NCBI GenBank assembly: GCA_031291875.1 | Contig: JARLIE010000040.1 | Location: 3,011 to 67,010, forward strand | Direction: 5' to 3' | Length of the DNA: 64,000 nt | Source of the DNA: Minisyncoccota bacterium | GTDB lineage: Bacteria; Patescibacteriota; Minisyncoccia; Phycocordibacterales; UBA2100 | In this document: in pieces, positions 1-9,324 of the stretch | Layout: every line of letters starts with the position of its first letter | Position numbering within the stretch: the first letter of the stretch is position 1 | Position numbers and translations under genes: made by a program | The notes under the pieces: generated by a model | What the model saw: only the letters and a program-made list of their open reading frames with translations | Databases searched by the model: none | What the model was told of the DNA's origin: nothing

Positions 1-50
1 GATTTTGATAGTCATTTGAGAAATCTGCGATAAGCACCTGGGGTGCGTGG

Positions 51-1595
51 GTGAAACCCACGCATATGTCAATACTCGTAATATTACTCCTCCTCGCCAT
101 CGGCGCAGTTGTCGGCGGTACGGCCGGCTATTTCGCCCGGTTCTTCATCTCGCTCGGCCAGAAAGGTTCGATGGAGCTGCAGATCCGGAAGATGATGCTC
201 GATGCCGAAGAACACGCCAAAAAAATCATCGAAGAGGCTGAAGCTCGCGGACAAGAAAAAGTTGAGCAACTTACAGCCGAATATAAGGAGCGCGAACGTG
301 ACTTGAGAGGTACAGAGGAGCGTTTGGTTCGCAAAGAAGAGATGCTCGACTCAAGACAGCTCAAGATCGACGGCGATGAAGCTAACCTGGCTAAAAAGAC
401 CGAAGATGTAGTCGCTGCCAAGGCAAAAGCCGATGAGTTAGTGCGCGCGCAGCAGGAAAAACTCGAAAAACTTGCCGATCTTTCCGCCGAGGAAGCGAAG
501 AGCGAACTCATTAAAACAATAGAAAAGCAGTATGAGAATGATATCGAGAGCCGAATGCGCAAACTCGATATCTCTGGAAACGAAAAGCTCGAACAGCGCG
601 CTAATGAAATACTGACAACGGCCGTTCATCGCCTCGGTAACTCAGTGGTTTCTGATATCCTTGCGACAACGATCACGCTCCCCAACGACGAGATCAAGGG
701 TAAAATCATCGGCAAAGAAGGCCGAAACATTCGCCAATTTGAGCGCTCGACCGGAGTCGATGTGATCGTTGACGACACGCCGGGCACTATCACGCTCTCA
801 TCGTATGATCCGATCCGACGCCAGATTGCTCGTATCGCACTGGAGAACTTGATCCTAGACGGACGTATCCAGCCCGCAAAAATTGAAGAAGCAGTACAAA
901 AAGCAGAGCAGGAGATCAACAACATCATCAAAAAGAAAGGTGCGGAAGCTGCCTACAACGCAAAAGTTCAAAATATTGACCCGAAGCTCCTGCAGATTCT
1001 CGGACGCCTCTATTTCCGCACGAGTTACGGCCAAAACGTTCTTGACCACTCGGTCGAGGTCGCGCATCTCGCGGGCATGCTCGCTGAGGAATTGGGTGCA
1101 GATCCTGCCGTTGCACGAGCTGGAGCGCTCTTCCACGACATCGGCAAAGCCGTCGACCACGAAGTTCCCGGTACACACGTTGAGATCGGCCGAAGAATAC
1201 TGGCGAAATTCGGTGTTGATGAACGTGTAATCAAGGCCATGCAGGCGCACCATGAAGAATATCCGTACGAAACACCGGAATCGATGATAGTACAGGTCGC
1301 AGACGCGATTTCCGGTGGTCGCCCCGGAGCCCGTCGCGACTCTGTAGAGAACTACATCAAGCGCCTGGAGGATCTTGAAGCTATCGCCAATCAAGAACCC
1401 GGCGTCGAAAAGAGCTATGCGATCGCGGCCGGTCGCGAACTTCGCGTCATCATTAAGCCAGAGCAGGTTTCCGATCTGGAATCTCGAGAAATTGCACGTC
1501 ATATTGCCGACAAGATTGAGAAGGAGCTCCAATATCCGGGCGAGATTAAGGTTTCAGTCATTCGCGAGATGCGTGTTATCGAGTACGCGCGATAG
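51..1595 (+). CDS. rny: Ribonuclease Y
   Basis: 514-aa ORF with an N-terminal TM helix and coiled coil. It has a KH domain (GKIIGKEGRNIRQFERSTGVDV) and an HD domain (HSVEVAHLAGMLAEELG...LFHDIGKA), the typical RNase Y architecture. Confidence 0.9.
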   Translation: MKPTHMSILVILLLLAIGAVVGGTAGYFARFFISLGQKGSMELQIRKMMLDAEEHAKKIIEEAEARGQEKVEQLTAEYKERERDLRGTEERLVRKEEMLDSRQLKIDGDEANLAKKTEDVVAAKAKADELVRAQQEKLEKLADLSAEEAKSELIKTIEKQYENDIESRMRKLDISGNEKLEQRANEILTTAVHRLGNSVVSDILATTITLPNDEIKGKIIGKEGRNIRQFERSTGVDVIVDDTPGTITLSSYDPIRRQIARIALENLILDGRIQPAKIEEAVQKAEQEINNIIKKKGAEAAYNAKVQNIDPKLLQILGRLYFRTSYGQNVLDHSVEVAHLAGMLAEELGADPAVARAGALFHDIGKAVDHEVPGTHVEIGRRILAKFGVDERVIKAMQAHHEEYPYETPESMIVQVADAISGGRPGARRDSVENYIKRLEDLEAIANQEPGVEKSYAIAAGRELRVIIKPEQVSDLESREIARHIADKIEKELQYPGEIKVSVIREMRVIEYAR

Positions 1596-1614
1596 AATTT
1601 AATCAGTTTGCTAA

Positions 1615-1646
1615 GAAAAGAGGGTCTTCGGACCCTCTTTTCTTAT
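1615..1646 (+). terminator. Rho-independent terminator after rny
   Basis: GC-rich hairpin aaaagagggtcttcggaccctcttttctt followed by a T-run. Confidence 0.7.
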
Positions 1647-1757
1647 TTCAGGTGCCTGTGGATAGCCAACCAGACTCTATTTGACATGCCCAAAATACGG
1701 CCCAAAATGGTCTTATAGTGAGGTCGAGTGCGAAATTTATCATTACATACAACTGAT

Positions 1758-2033
1758 ATGGCAAATAAAATGGATTTGGTGGAGCGTGTCGCTCAGACGA
1801 TTGGCTCCACAAAAGCCGATGCCGAACGCGCGGTCGAGGCGATCATTTCGATGATCACGGAGAAACTTAAGGGCGGCGAGGAGGTTTCCGTTGCCGGCCT
1901 GGGTATTTTCGAAGCAAAAACCCGCGCAGGCCGCATGGGTCGCAACCCGCGAACCGGTGCGACTATTCAAATCAAGGCGATGAAAGTGCCGAAGTTCCGC
2001 GCTTCCAAGACTTTGAAAGACGCGATCAAGTAA
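1758..2033 (+). CDS. hup: HU family DNA-binding protein
   Basis: MANKMDLVERVAQ...GLGIFEAKTRAGRMGRNPRTGATIQI matches the HU/IHF signature. I chose the ATG at 1758; the upstream part of the 1728 ORF has no homology. Confidence 0.9.
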   Translation: MANKMDLVERVAQTIGSTKADAERAVEAIISMITEKLKGGEEVSVAGLGIFEAKTRAGRMGRNPRTGATIQIKAMKVPKFRASKTLKDAIK

Positions 2034-2048
2034 TTTTACGATTGATCG

Positions 2049-2078
2049 GAAAAAACCGCCCTGTTGGGCGGTTTTTTT
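2049..2078. terminator. Bidirectional rho-independent terminator
   Basis: aaaaaccgccctgttgggcggttttttt hairpin flanked by an A-run and a T-run. It sits between convergent hup and the 2080..4287 gene. Confidence 0.75.
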
Positions 2079-2079
2079 G

Positions 2080-4287
2080 CTACCACTTACCGCATCCACC
2101 GAAGAGCGATTTAAAGAGCGAACATTGCTGCTGTGGCTGATTTGCGTTCGAGCTGCTGGGGGTGAAGAGCGATAACACGCTGTTGATCCAGCCCTGCACC
2201 ACATGTACGATCGAAACGACTGGATCTTCAGCAGCCGTAGCCTGTACTTGTATCGTACTGGTCGCAGGCGGATTTATGTCTACGACCGGTTTTGAGCTGG
2301 TTGGCGACGATTCGAATGAGCTCTCTGGGATGCATTGGCCATACTGATCGCACCATTGATTGTTTTGCTTCACATAAAACGGCGCGCCCGCAGCAGGTAC
2401 AGGTGTTTGCAGTACCGAAGAATTGCTTGCGACGACACTGACTCCCTGCGCACCCGGGATTTGCACTGAGACAGGCGAGATTTGTTGGCCAGATACCATA
2501 CCGATCGATGTCGTCGATGCTGACGTGGCCGTTGTCGTTGCAAAGGGTCCCTGGTCAACGATGGATTGGAGCTGGCGAACCTGTTGGAACTGAGCGGGAG
2601 CAGCATTTTCAAGTAACCCAAGTGCATTGTCGCAAACGCTGTCGCAAACTCCCGCCTGCTTTGCTCGCTCCCAAGCGACAATTTGCGCTTCTAGCCACTG
2701 ATAGTTGTTTTGAGCCTGAGCTAGATTCGCTTCAGCAACATAATATTGTTCCGACACGTTTTGATAATTTTCAAGGCCATTAATCGCGTTCAATGCAAGC
2801 TGCGTTGAACTGGGAATCTGTGCGTTCATTGCAATGGTGAGGGTTGTGGGAGAAATCCCTTGCTGATCCGTCGCGTTTTGGCCAATTTGCACCAAACTCA
2901 AAATACTCGAGGGTGCTAGTGTAGCCGCTCCTGAAATATTCCCCATATTTTCTACCAAAGAAGCAATGTCGCTCGGAGAGGTAATCTTTGCTCCTCCGGT
3001 AAAGAGATCGAGATAGGATTGATAGTCGGTCGATTGAGGTTGATAGGTCTGGGTAGAGTGTGTTGTTTGCGAAATAGTAACGTTCGATGTATTTGTCGGT
3101 TGTGATACTCGTGCCAGAGTTGTCAAAACCGGATTTGGCTGAACAACGATGCGCGTATTTTCTACTACGTTTGTTTGCGAAGAGCCTGATGAGTCCGAAG
3201 AGCCTCCCGAGGAAGCACCGCTCAACAAACCTGAAACAAAGCTAAAGAACGCATTTATCCCAGAATTTCCAATGGAAGAGATGGCGTTGGTGAGCGGAGA
3301 ACTTGCAGATACGTTCACACCTCCGTTTCCGGACGCACTATAGTTCTGACCACCTCCCCCAAAGGTAGGTTTCGTGGGGGTATAGACCCCTGTCCCCGTG
3401 TAGCCACTCGGAGAAGCTTGGGTAGGTGTAAAGGGATTTGCGGGTGCGCTCGGGGTAGTTGCGGTATTTCCGAGTCCTGGTGTGCCATTAAAGGCCGGCG
3501 TTGGTTGCGGGGCCGGTGTTGGAGTTGTAGAAACTGGGACTGAAGGGATCTGACTACCAGTTGAACCCGATCCAGCCCCTGGAGTAACCGGTCCCGAGCT
3601 TACCGGAGAAGGAGTTACCGGTGTGGCGCCGCTCCCGTTTACAGATCCGCTCGTTCCAGCACCACTCGGATTGCTGCCTGGGGAAGACGTTGGTGGCACT
3701 TGTGTACCACTCGCAGGCCCTGTACTCACTGGGGGCTGTGTTGAGACTGGGGGTTTATCAGGCGACACAGCAGGAGGCTGGGGCTGAGATCCAGTTCCCG
3801 CAGGGGCTCCGTTCCCCGCGGCAACCTGTGTTTGACCAGTTGCCTCACATACGCTCGGGCACTGACAAGTGCCGTGAATGATTACGCCACTTGTGCCGCC
3901 AGGCTCGCTGCATTGTCGGCCTTTTTCGCATTGTACTTCCGTCCCATTTACTATCTTTACCGTCGGATAATCGCAGCTGTAGTCATACTTAGGAGAAGCA
4001 GCCGGACACTGATCGTTTGCCGTGTTTAATTGGGAACTTTTTGAAACACTGCAGGTAACCGGAACCAAATTCGAGGTGGAGCCAGATCCGGAGCCACTTC
4101 CAGACGTGCCAATATCTGTCGGGCCCGTCGCAGCTATAGATGTATTCGGATGAGAAGACAGCGCAAGAGCCGTCAACACGATCGCCAGTGCAATAACCAG
4201 GCTCACGCCCTTTAGCCGCATTGGAACCATAATAGCAAGCAAAAGAGCTGTAAAAATCGAATCAGTGGATACGTGACTGATTTCCAC
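2080..4287 (-). CDS. Large secreted/surface hypothetical protein, Ser/Thr/Pro/Gly-rich
   Basis: 735-aa ORF with an N-terminal hydrophobic signal/anchor (LLLAIMVPMRLKGVSLVIALAIVLTALALS). Long low-complexity tracts (GSGSGSGS, PTPAPQPTP, GTSGS), a Cys-rich segment near the N-terminus and a C-terminal CSLFKSLFGGCGKW. No recognisable catalytic motif. The true start may be internal (Met20 or Met23). Confidence 0.6.
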   Translation of the reverse strand: MEISHVSTDSIFTALLLAIMVPMRLKGVSLVIALAIVLTALALSSHPNTSIAATGPTDIGTSGSGSGSGSTSNLVPVTCSVSKSSQLNTANDQCPAASPKYDYSCDYPTVKIVNGTEVQCEKGRQCSEPGGTSGVIIHGTCQCPSVCEATGQTQVAAGNGAPAGTGSQPQPPAVSPDKPPVSTQPPVSTGPASGTQVPPTSSPGSNPSGAGTSGSVNGSGATPVTPSPVSSGPVTPGAGSGSTGSQIPSVPVSTTPTPAPQPTPAFNGTPGLGNTATTPSAPANPFTPTQASPSGYTGTGVYTPTKPTFGGGGQNYSASGNGGVNVSASSPLTNAISSIGNSGINAFFSFVSGLLSGASSGGSSDSSGSSQTNVVENTRIVVQPNPVLTTLARVSQPTNTSNVTISQTTHSTQTYQPQSTDYQSYLDLFTGGAKITSPSDIASLVENMGNISGAATLAPSSILSLVQIGQNATDQQGISPTTLTIAMNAQIPSSTQLALNAINGLENYQNVSEQYYVAEANLAQAQNNYQWLEAQIVAWERAKQAGVCDSVCDNALGLLENAAPAQFQQVRQLQSIVDQGPFATTTATSASTTSIGMVSGQQISPVSVQIPGAQGVSVVASNSSVLQTPVPAAGAPFYVKQNNQWCDQYGQCIPESSFESSPTSSKPVVDINPPATSTIQVQATAAEDPVVSIVHVVQGWINSVLSLFTPSSSNANQPQQQCSLFKSLFGGCGKW

Positions 4288-4335
4288 AATTACCTCATTT
4301 ACAGTTTATGTGTATGACTACGGTTCTTAAGCTAG

Positions 4336-4361
4336 AAGTGTGCACACGAATGTGCACACTT
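4336..4361. repeat. Perfect 11-bp-arm inverted repeat (aagtgtgcaca cgaa tgtgcacactt)
   Basis: Seen directly in the spacer between the histidine kinase 3' end and the start of the 2080..4287 gene. It could be an operator or a terminator hairpin. Confidence 0.5.
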
Positions 4362-4412
4362 TTGCTTTATGCTACGAAGTGTTTCAGCACTTGAAAAATC
4401 AAAAACTTTATT

Positions 4413-5660
4413 TTATACAAGTGGAAATTCCGCAAAGAATGTCGAACCACCCTTTGCGCCGGCCGACCTAGCCCAAACACGACCGCCGTGTCTTTCTACA
4501 ATTTGTTTTGCAATAAAGAGTCCGTACCCTGTAGATTCAGGATTTACATCGCGTGAATGTTCACCATGACCACCCTGTGTAAAGAGTTTTTGCATGTCGA
4601 TCTCACTAATGCCTACTCCTGTATCGGAGACAGAAACACGAGCCATGCCGTTGATCCGCTCGAGCATCACGTCAACCTGCCCAGCTGGAGTATAACGAAT
4701 CGCGTTATCGATAAAATTGCGAATGACATGACGTTCTATTTTTTCTTGATCACCGTCAATGAAACATGGTCCGTCTACAGAAGAAACGAGTGAAAGTTTT
4801 TTGGCGTTTGCGGAGGCGCGAAATTCTTCCACCATACGCTGTACGCTTTGAGAAAGATCGAACCGCTGTTTTACCAGACGTACCTCGCCGCTTTCGAGAC
4901 TAGCATTGTCCAATATCGACATGACCGTTTCGACTCCCCTTTGCGTGTCTTCAAGCGCACTGTGTGCCATGCCAGCCAAGGGCTCCGTCACTGGCCCGTA
5001 ATCCCCTTCAATAATGGCGGCAAATGCAGCCTTGCTCTTCGTTAGGTGCCCCTTTACTTCATGGCTCAAGAACTTCAAAAGCTCCTTCTGCTTGATTGTT
5101 GCCTCTTTCAATTCTCCATATCGATCATCCTGTTTCAGAATTATGGCGCAAACGTATTCAGGATTCGGTACTCCTTCGATCAGCGCATCCCCTTCATCGT
5201 TCGAAGTTCTTAAATTGAGGGTTCCAAAGTTGAAGAATGTTTCCAGAAAATTGTCCTGACGTGCGTCGACGTGCGCGACTTCATGCAAATTCCAACCAAG
5301 CACTTCCCTTTTTGTAAGACTTATCTGGGAGATAAAAAACAATCGTCTGTCGGTGACGACGATCATATCCAAGTAGTAATTACTCCACAGTATCGCCGCC
5401 ATAATAACTACTGCGAGCAAGCATCCCGGAAACAGAATTGCCGCGATAACATGTATACCCGAGTCGACTCCCGTCTGTGGCAGACTTGAAATCAAAAAAA
5501 GGAGTGTAAATGCGGCAAAGGCCGGGAGAGCTATATAAAACAAATCATGCAAGAACGATGCCCAGTGTTTATGTACCACCAAAAGCACCTGTTCATCGCT
5601 AGTTTCGAGTTCGTCAGTCATAGCGGTACAAAGAAAGTAAGCAGCAAACAGGCGGCGCAA
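4413..5660 (-). CDS. Sensor histidine kinase (membrane-bound)
   Basis: N-terminal TM helices and bPH-like region. HisKA H-box (FLSHEVKGHLTKSKAAF) and HATPase_c G-boxes (DTGVGISEID...GYGLFIAKQIVERHGGRVWARSAGAKGGSTF). No response regulator gene is adjacent. Confidence 0.85.
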   Translation of the reverse strand: MRRLFAAYFLCTAMTDELETSDEQVLLVVHKHWASFLHDLFYIALPAFAAFTLLFLISSLPQTGVDSGIHVIAAILFPGCLLAVVIMAAILWSNYYLDMIVVTDRRLFFISQISLTKREVLGWNLHEVAHVDARQDNFLETFFNFGTLNLRTSNDEGDALIEGVPNPEYVCAIILKQDDRYGELKEATIKQKELLKFLSHEVKGHLTKSKAAFAAIIEGDYGPVTEPLAGMAHSALEDTQRGVETVMSILDNASLESGEVRLVKQRFDLSQSVQRMVEEFRASANAKKLSLVSSVDGPCFIDGDQEKIERHVIRNFIDNAIRYTPAGQVDVMLERINGMARVSVSDTGVGISEIDMQKLFTQGGHGEHSRDVNPESTGYGLFIAKQIVERHGGRVWARSAGAKGGSTFFAEFPLV

Positions 5661-5803
5661 GAAACACCATAAATAGAGATGGCGAGAATTGCTGAAGTTC
5701 GGCTCATGGCAGATCGCGACCAGAGTCTCCAGAAAATGATCCCGAATGCGATTGCAGCGAGCAGTTCAAAAATGAGTGCGATCCAAGCAATGAAAAGAAT
5801 CAT
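5618..5803 (-). CDS. Possible small membrane protein (2 TM)
   Basis: Internal Met of the 5618..5914 ORF (MILFIAWIALIFELLAAIAFGIIFW...). The longer ORF cannot be real because it runs into tRNA-Gly. Weak support. Confidence 0.25.
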   Translation of the reverse strand: MILFIAWIALIFELLAAIAFGIIFWRLWSRSAMSRTSAILAISIYGVSCAACLLLTFFVPL

Positions 5804-5857
5804 AGCTCTAGTATATCGCAGTGATTTCTCTGCCGAGAATGTGTCGTCGTTTCTCTG

Positions 5858-5928
5858 TGCGAGATGCGGGAATCGAACCCGCGACCCAAGTTTGGAAAAC
5901 TCGTGTTTTGCCACTAAACTAATCTCGC
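5858..5928 (-). tRNA. tRNA-Gly (anticodon UCC)
   Basis: Hand-folded cloverleaf: acceptor GCGAGAT/ATCTCGC, T-arm GCGGG-TTCGATT-CCCGC, anticodon stem CGAGT/ACTTG, loop TTTCCAA. 71 nt, CCA not encoded. Confidence 0.8.
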
Positions 5929-6024
5929 CTTATTTTCGAAGCCGGACGTATTGCCTCGATTCAACGAAGACTAACAAATTTCTTAAAGCTTTTCATCTTT
6001 CTGCGAATCGTATATGCTCGCAGT

Positions 6025-7248
6025 ATGTCGCGAGCGATTTTCTTTAATGTGATCGCGATCATCGTCTTCCTTGTTGGAGTCGCATTTTTCTTTCAATACA
6101 TAGAGCCGTCAGAATCCAGCCCAAGTGTGGCCCAAAGAGAGGATCAGCTTTCTGCAGCAAACCTTCCTGTAAACGTCAGCACATCATCAAGTGCAACAGT
6201 GAACGCAAACGCCACAACGGGAACTTCGACTCCGACCACGACACTCGAGCATCTTTCATCAAGTACTGCGACCCCAACTAAATCCGCGGTCGCTAAAATA
6301 ACTAGTAATATAGCCAAAAAAACAGCATCAACGACATTGCAGGATCAGGGCACTCAAATTGAACGCATTAAAAGTCCATACGCGACTCCCCCGGAGTCAT
6401 TCGATCAGCTTAATGTGGATGTTCGATCTGCCTTGGTCAATATTCTTTGCGAACCAAGCGGCGGATCATCGCTCAATCCAATTTCTGGTTCCGGAGTTAT
6501 TATCGATCCAAAAGGCATTATCCTCACTAATGCTCATGTCGCGCAGTACGTGCTGTTATCCGAAAGCCCTCAAATCAATTTAAAGTGCTTCATCCGAACG
6601 GGCTCCCCCGCCTCCGCCCAATGGACAGCCGCGGTGCTATATATTCCTCCTGTCTGGGTGGCAGGACATGTAAATGAGATAGTTAAGCAGCACCCGACAG
6701 GTACGGGCGAGCACGATTACGCTCTTCTCTATATAACTGGCTCTACCGATGGTGGTCCGCTGCCAGCGTCTTTCCCCTACCTTCCCGTTGATACGCGACC
6801 TGCTATAGGGTTCCCAGGAGACCAAGTGTTAGTTGCAAGCTACCCAGCTGAACTGGTTGGTGGGATCGCGGCGCAGTACGACTTATACGCTGCCAGCTCC
6901 GTAACCACCATTAAGCAACTTCTAACCTTCGTCTCAAGCACACCGGATCTACTCTCGCTCGGAGGAATAATTGAGGCTCAAGGTGGGTCCTCCGGCGGCG
7001 CGGTAGTTAATGAATGGGGGCGCTTGATCGCGCTCATTGCCACAACAAGCAGTGGTTCTACGACAGCAGATAGAGACCTTCGCGCCATCGCTCTGAGCTA
7101 TATAAATACCGACATCAAGCAGCAGTCCGGTTCTGACCTTTCCACGATCTTGCAGGGGGACCCGGCTGGTGAAGTACAAAGTTTCTCTACTGCAATTGCA
7201 CCCAACCTTATTGAGTTGTACGTGAAACAACTCGGTGGAAACAACTAA
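6025..7248 (+). CDS. Trypsin-like (S1 family) serine protease, membrane-anchored
   Basis: N-terminal TM anchor. Has the His motif region (GSGVIIDPKGIILTNAHV) and a GGSSGGAV serine-protease active-site motif. There is a Thr/Ser-rich linker. Confidence 0.75.
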   Translation: MSRAIFFNVIAIIVFLVGVAFFFQYIEPSESSPSVAQREDQLSAANLPVNVSTSSSATVNANATTGTSTPTTTLEHLSSSTATPTKSAVAKITSNIAKKTASTTLQDQGTQIERIKSPYATPPESFDQLNVDVRSALVNILCEPSGGSSLNPISGSGVIIDPKGIILTNAHVAQYVLLSESPQINLKCFIRTGSPASAQWTAAVLYIPPVWVAGHVNEIVKQHPTGTGEHDYALLYITGSTDGGPLPASFPYLPVDTRPAIGFPGDQVLVASYPAELVGGIAAQYDLYAASSVTTIKQLLTFVSSTPDLLSLGGIIEAQGGSSGGAVVNEWGRLIALIATTSSGSTTADRDLRAIALSYINTDIKQQSGSDLSTILQGDPAGEVQSFSTAIAPNLIELYVKQLGGNN

Positions 7249-7258
7249 GTTTAATTTG

Positions 7259-7329
7259 TCGGGCCGCTGGGAATTGAACCCAGTCTACGTGCTCCCAAAG
7301 CACGCGTACTACCGGTATACGACGGCCCG
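7259..7329 (-). tRNA. tRNA-Pro (anticodon UGG)
   Basis: Hand fold: acceptor CGGGCCG/CGGCCCG, U8, anticodon stem CGTGC/GCACG with loop TTTGGGA, T-arm CTGGG-TTCAATT-CCCAG. Confidence 0.8.
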
Positions 7330-7395
7330 AATCACCGAATACTAGCACGACTTCTAAAAGACATTACAATCGCATAATGTCCTTTATATTTTCCT

Positions 7396-7803
7396 TTATA
7401 AAACCTGTTCAAATAGACGGCATCGTGCCTTACGTGTCCTTGATTCAAGAAACACTCCGACCACATCAATTTGGAAATCCAACCCGTTCCGAGTAGAGAT
7501 CATATAGAGTTCAGCAGTTCGCGCAAGCTTCTGTAACTTTTTCGGATGAACCTGTTCTTCAGGACGATAATGTGGACTTTCACGCGAAACATCAGGTAAT
7601 GAATTAACAGCAAGGGTCTTTACTTCCACAAACCTGATTGAGTTTCCCTTTTTCGCTATTATATCGATCTCGCCCCAAGGTTTCCTGTAATTGCGTTCGA
7701 CAACCTTATAACCTCTCCTTTCAAGGAAAAGAACGGCTATATCTTCGCCGATCCTACCCACAGTTGCCTTATCCATTTTTTCACCAGCTTCATTCGAATC
7801 CAT
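7396..7803 (-). CDS. YraN/UPF0102 family endonuclease
   Basis: GRIGEDIAVLFLERRGYKVVERNYRKPWGEIDIIAKKG...RFVEVKT matches the UPF0102 (YraN) signature. The start may be the internal Met at 7776. Confidence 0.75.
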   Translation of the reverse strand: MDSNEAGEKMDKATVGRIGEDIAVLFLERRGYKVVERNYRKPWGEIDIIAKKGNSIRFVEVKTLAVNSLPDVSRESPHYRPEEQVHPKKLQKLARTAELYMISTRNGLDFQIDVVGVFLESRTRKARCRLFEQVL

Positions 7804-8103
7804 GGGCTAATTATAAGTGATTTTGTCTGTCTAAATTTCACGAGAAACAGTCCATTTGTTACTTATGAAACTAATTCACTGGTTGTTTTGGGTATAAAAG
7901 ACACGACTTAGATATGTCCTTTATCCACATATCCCCAGAGTTTTCCACAGTTTAAGCCGTAATTTCGATAGATTCTGCAAGAAGTTTTTCAATCATGGAC
8001 GTCGATTTTATGGCTTGTCCTATAGCTTTTTTGGATATTTTGAAAATATTGGAACACGTTTTGGCTATTGATGTTAATAGCTTTCTCATACTACGGTTCC
8101 GTT

Positions 8104-9069
8104 ATGCATAAGGTATCTGTCTTCCAGAAGCTATTTACTTCGGGCGTACTCTCGGCTGCGTTTCTTTTCTCCATAGCGCTTACCCCCAGCCACGCTGCCG
8201 CGCAATCAGCGAGTTCTATACAGACTCAACAGCTTCTTCCGCCCGGTCAAAACACCTGTCAGCAGATTTCTATAACGAACATTGATCCTCATGTTTACGG
8301 TGGTGTACTCGAGTCATTTGACGTTACGATATCGGACACTAACAATTCGTATGTTGGAGTATTCGCAGAAGTAGGGAACAACCCTATTCCACTTAATTTC
8401 ATTACCCGCTGGGCTGGTGCCCCAAACGGCTTGAGAATCCACGTTGATACGCCCGATACGCCTGTTTACGGCTCACTACCTGTTAACTTGACGCTGCTCT
8501 CCTCGCTCCCGGGAGCCCCTACCTGCATCACTACGATCACTTTTACTGTTGGGAAAGGTTCGCTCGGACAACAACCTGCAACCTCTAACAACACAATTCC
8601 GTCTTCTGTCCCGCACACAACACCAACACAGGCGACACGTGGCTCATCGTCAGGATCAGCTGTGGGCACGGGGAAGGGACAATCCTCCACTGTTGGCGCT
8701 CAGGGAAGCTCAAGTACGGCACTTTTGGGCTCGACTGTAGCCTCCGCAGGTAGTGCAAATTTCTTTAGCGCGATGTGCACCGGGAGCAACGCGTATCGCC
8801 TTTGGTTTGTCCTATTGATCATATATATCATCATTGTCGCTATCGTTGTCTTTGCAGAACCGTGGTTCCTGGAGAGTTCCGTTATCGGTTCCACTGCAAC
8901 GGTCCTCGTGCCATTGATCCTCCTGCTTGGTTTCTGGTACCTCTCAGCTTCATGCAGGGCCGCTTCTTGGATTCCGGTCGTTGCGTGTGTAATCGCAATC
9001 ATTGGACTCTTCCTCGCATTTAGAGAATACGAACTCCCGCCGCTCCTTCCTGCTCCTTCTGAGCAGTAG
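8104..9069 (+). CDS. Hypothetical secreted/membrane protein
   Basis: Signal peptide (MHKVSVFQKLFTSGVLSAAFLFSIALTPSHAAAQSA), Ser/Thr/Gly-rich linker, and 2-3 C-terminal TM helices. No known motif. Confidence 0.55.
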   Translation: MHKVSVFQKLFTSGVLSAAFLFSIALTPSHAAAQSASSIQTQQLLPPGQNTCQQISITNIDPHVYGGVLESFDVTISDTNNSYVGVFAEVGNNPIPLNFITRWAGAPNGLRIHVDTPDTPVYGSLPVNLTLLSSLPGAPTCITTITFTVGKGSLGQQPATSNNTIPSSVPHTTPTQATRGSSSGSAVGTGKGQSSTVGAQGSSSTALLGSTVASAGSANFFSAMCTGSNAYRLWFVLLIIYIIIVAIVVFAEPWFLESSVIGSTATVLVPLILLLGFWYLSASCRAASWIPVVACVIAIIGLFLAFREYELPPLLPAPSEQ

Positions 9070-9115
9070 GGACGCATTGCTCGCAGTATCTTGTGCGGTT
9101 ATAATCGGACGCGCT

Positions 9116-9186
9116 GCGGATATGGTTTAGTGGTAGAACGCGTCCTTGCCAAGGACGAGATCGGGGTTCGATTCCCCGTATCCGCA
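9116..9186 (+). tRNA. tRNA-Gly (anticodon GCC)
   Basis: GCGGATA acceptor, anticodon stem CGTCC/GGACG with loop TTGCCAA, T-loop GGTTCGATTCC. Confidence 0.85.
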
Positions 9187-9218
9187 CAGAAACAAAAAAG
9201 GTAGTATTATTCGACAAC

Positions 9219-9290
9219 GCTCTCGTGGTGAAACGGATATCACGGCAGTCTTCGGAACTGCTATTCCAGGTTCGAATCCTGGCGGGAGCA
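9219..9290 (+). tRNA. tRNA-Arg (anticodon UCG)
   Basis: Acceptor GCTCTCG/CGGGAGC, anticodon stem GCAGT/ACTGC with loop CTTCGGA, T-arm CCAGG-TTCGAAT-CCTGG. Confidence 0.8.
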
Positions 9291-9324
9291 ATCTATAAAA
9301 CTGTTTGTGGGGTACAATAATTCG

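Noticed and set aside
1680-1710. TTGACA...TATAGT as the hup promoter
   Set aside because: The spacing between the hexamers is about 26 nt, too long for a canonical sigma-70 promoter. Only the TATAGT -10-like element is credible.
2080-4287. GSGSGSGS and PTPAPQ tandem repeats, plus the YS repeats at 63259..63687, as possible CRISPR or VNTR arrays
   Set aside because: They are in-frame coding low-complexity tracts with no repeat-spacer periodicity. No CRISPR array exists in the window.
5804-5914. N-terminal part of the 5618..5914 ORF
   Set aside because: Overlaps the tRNA-Gly(UCC) gene on the same strand. Only the portion downstream of the tRNA could be real, and even that is weak.
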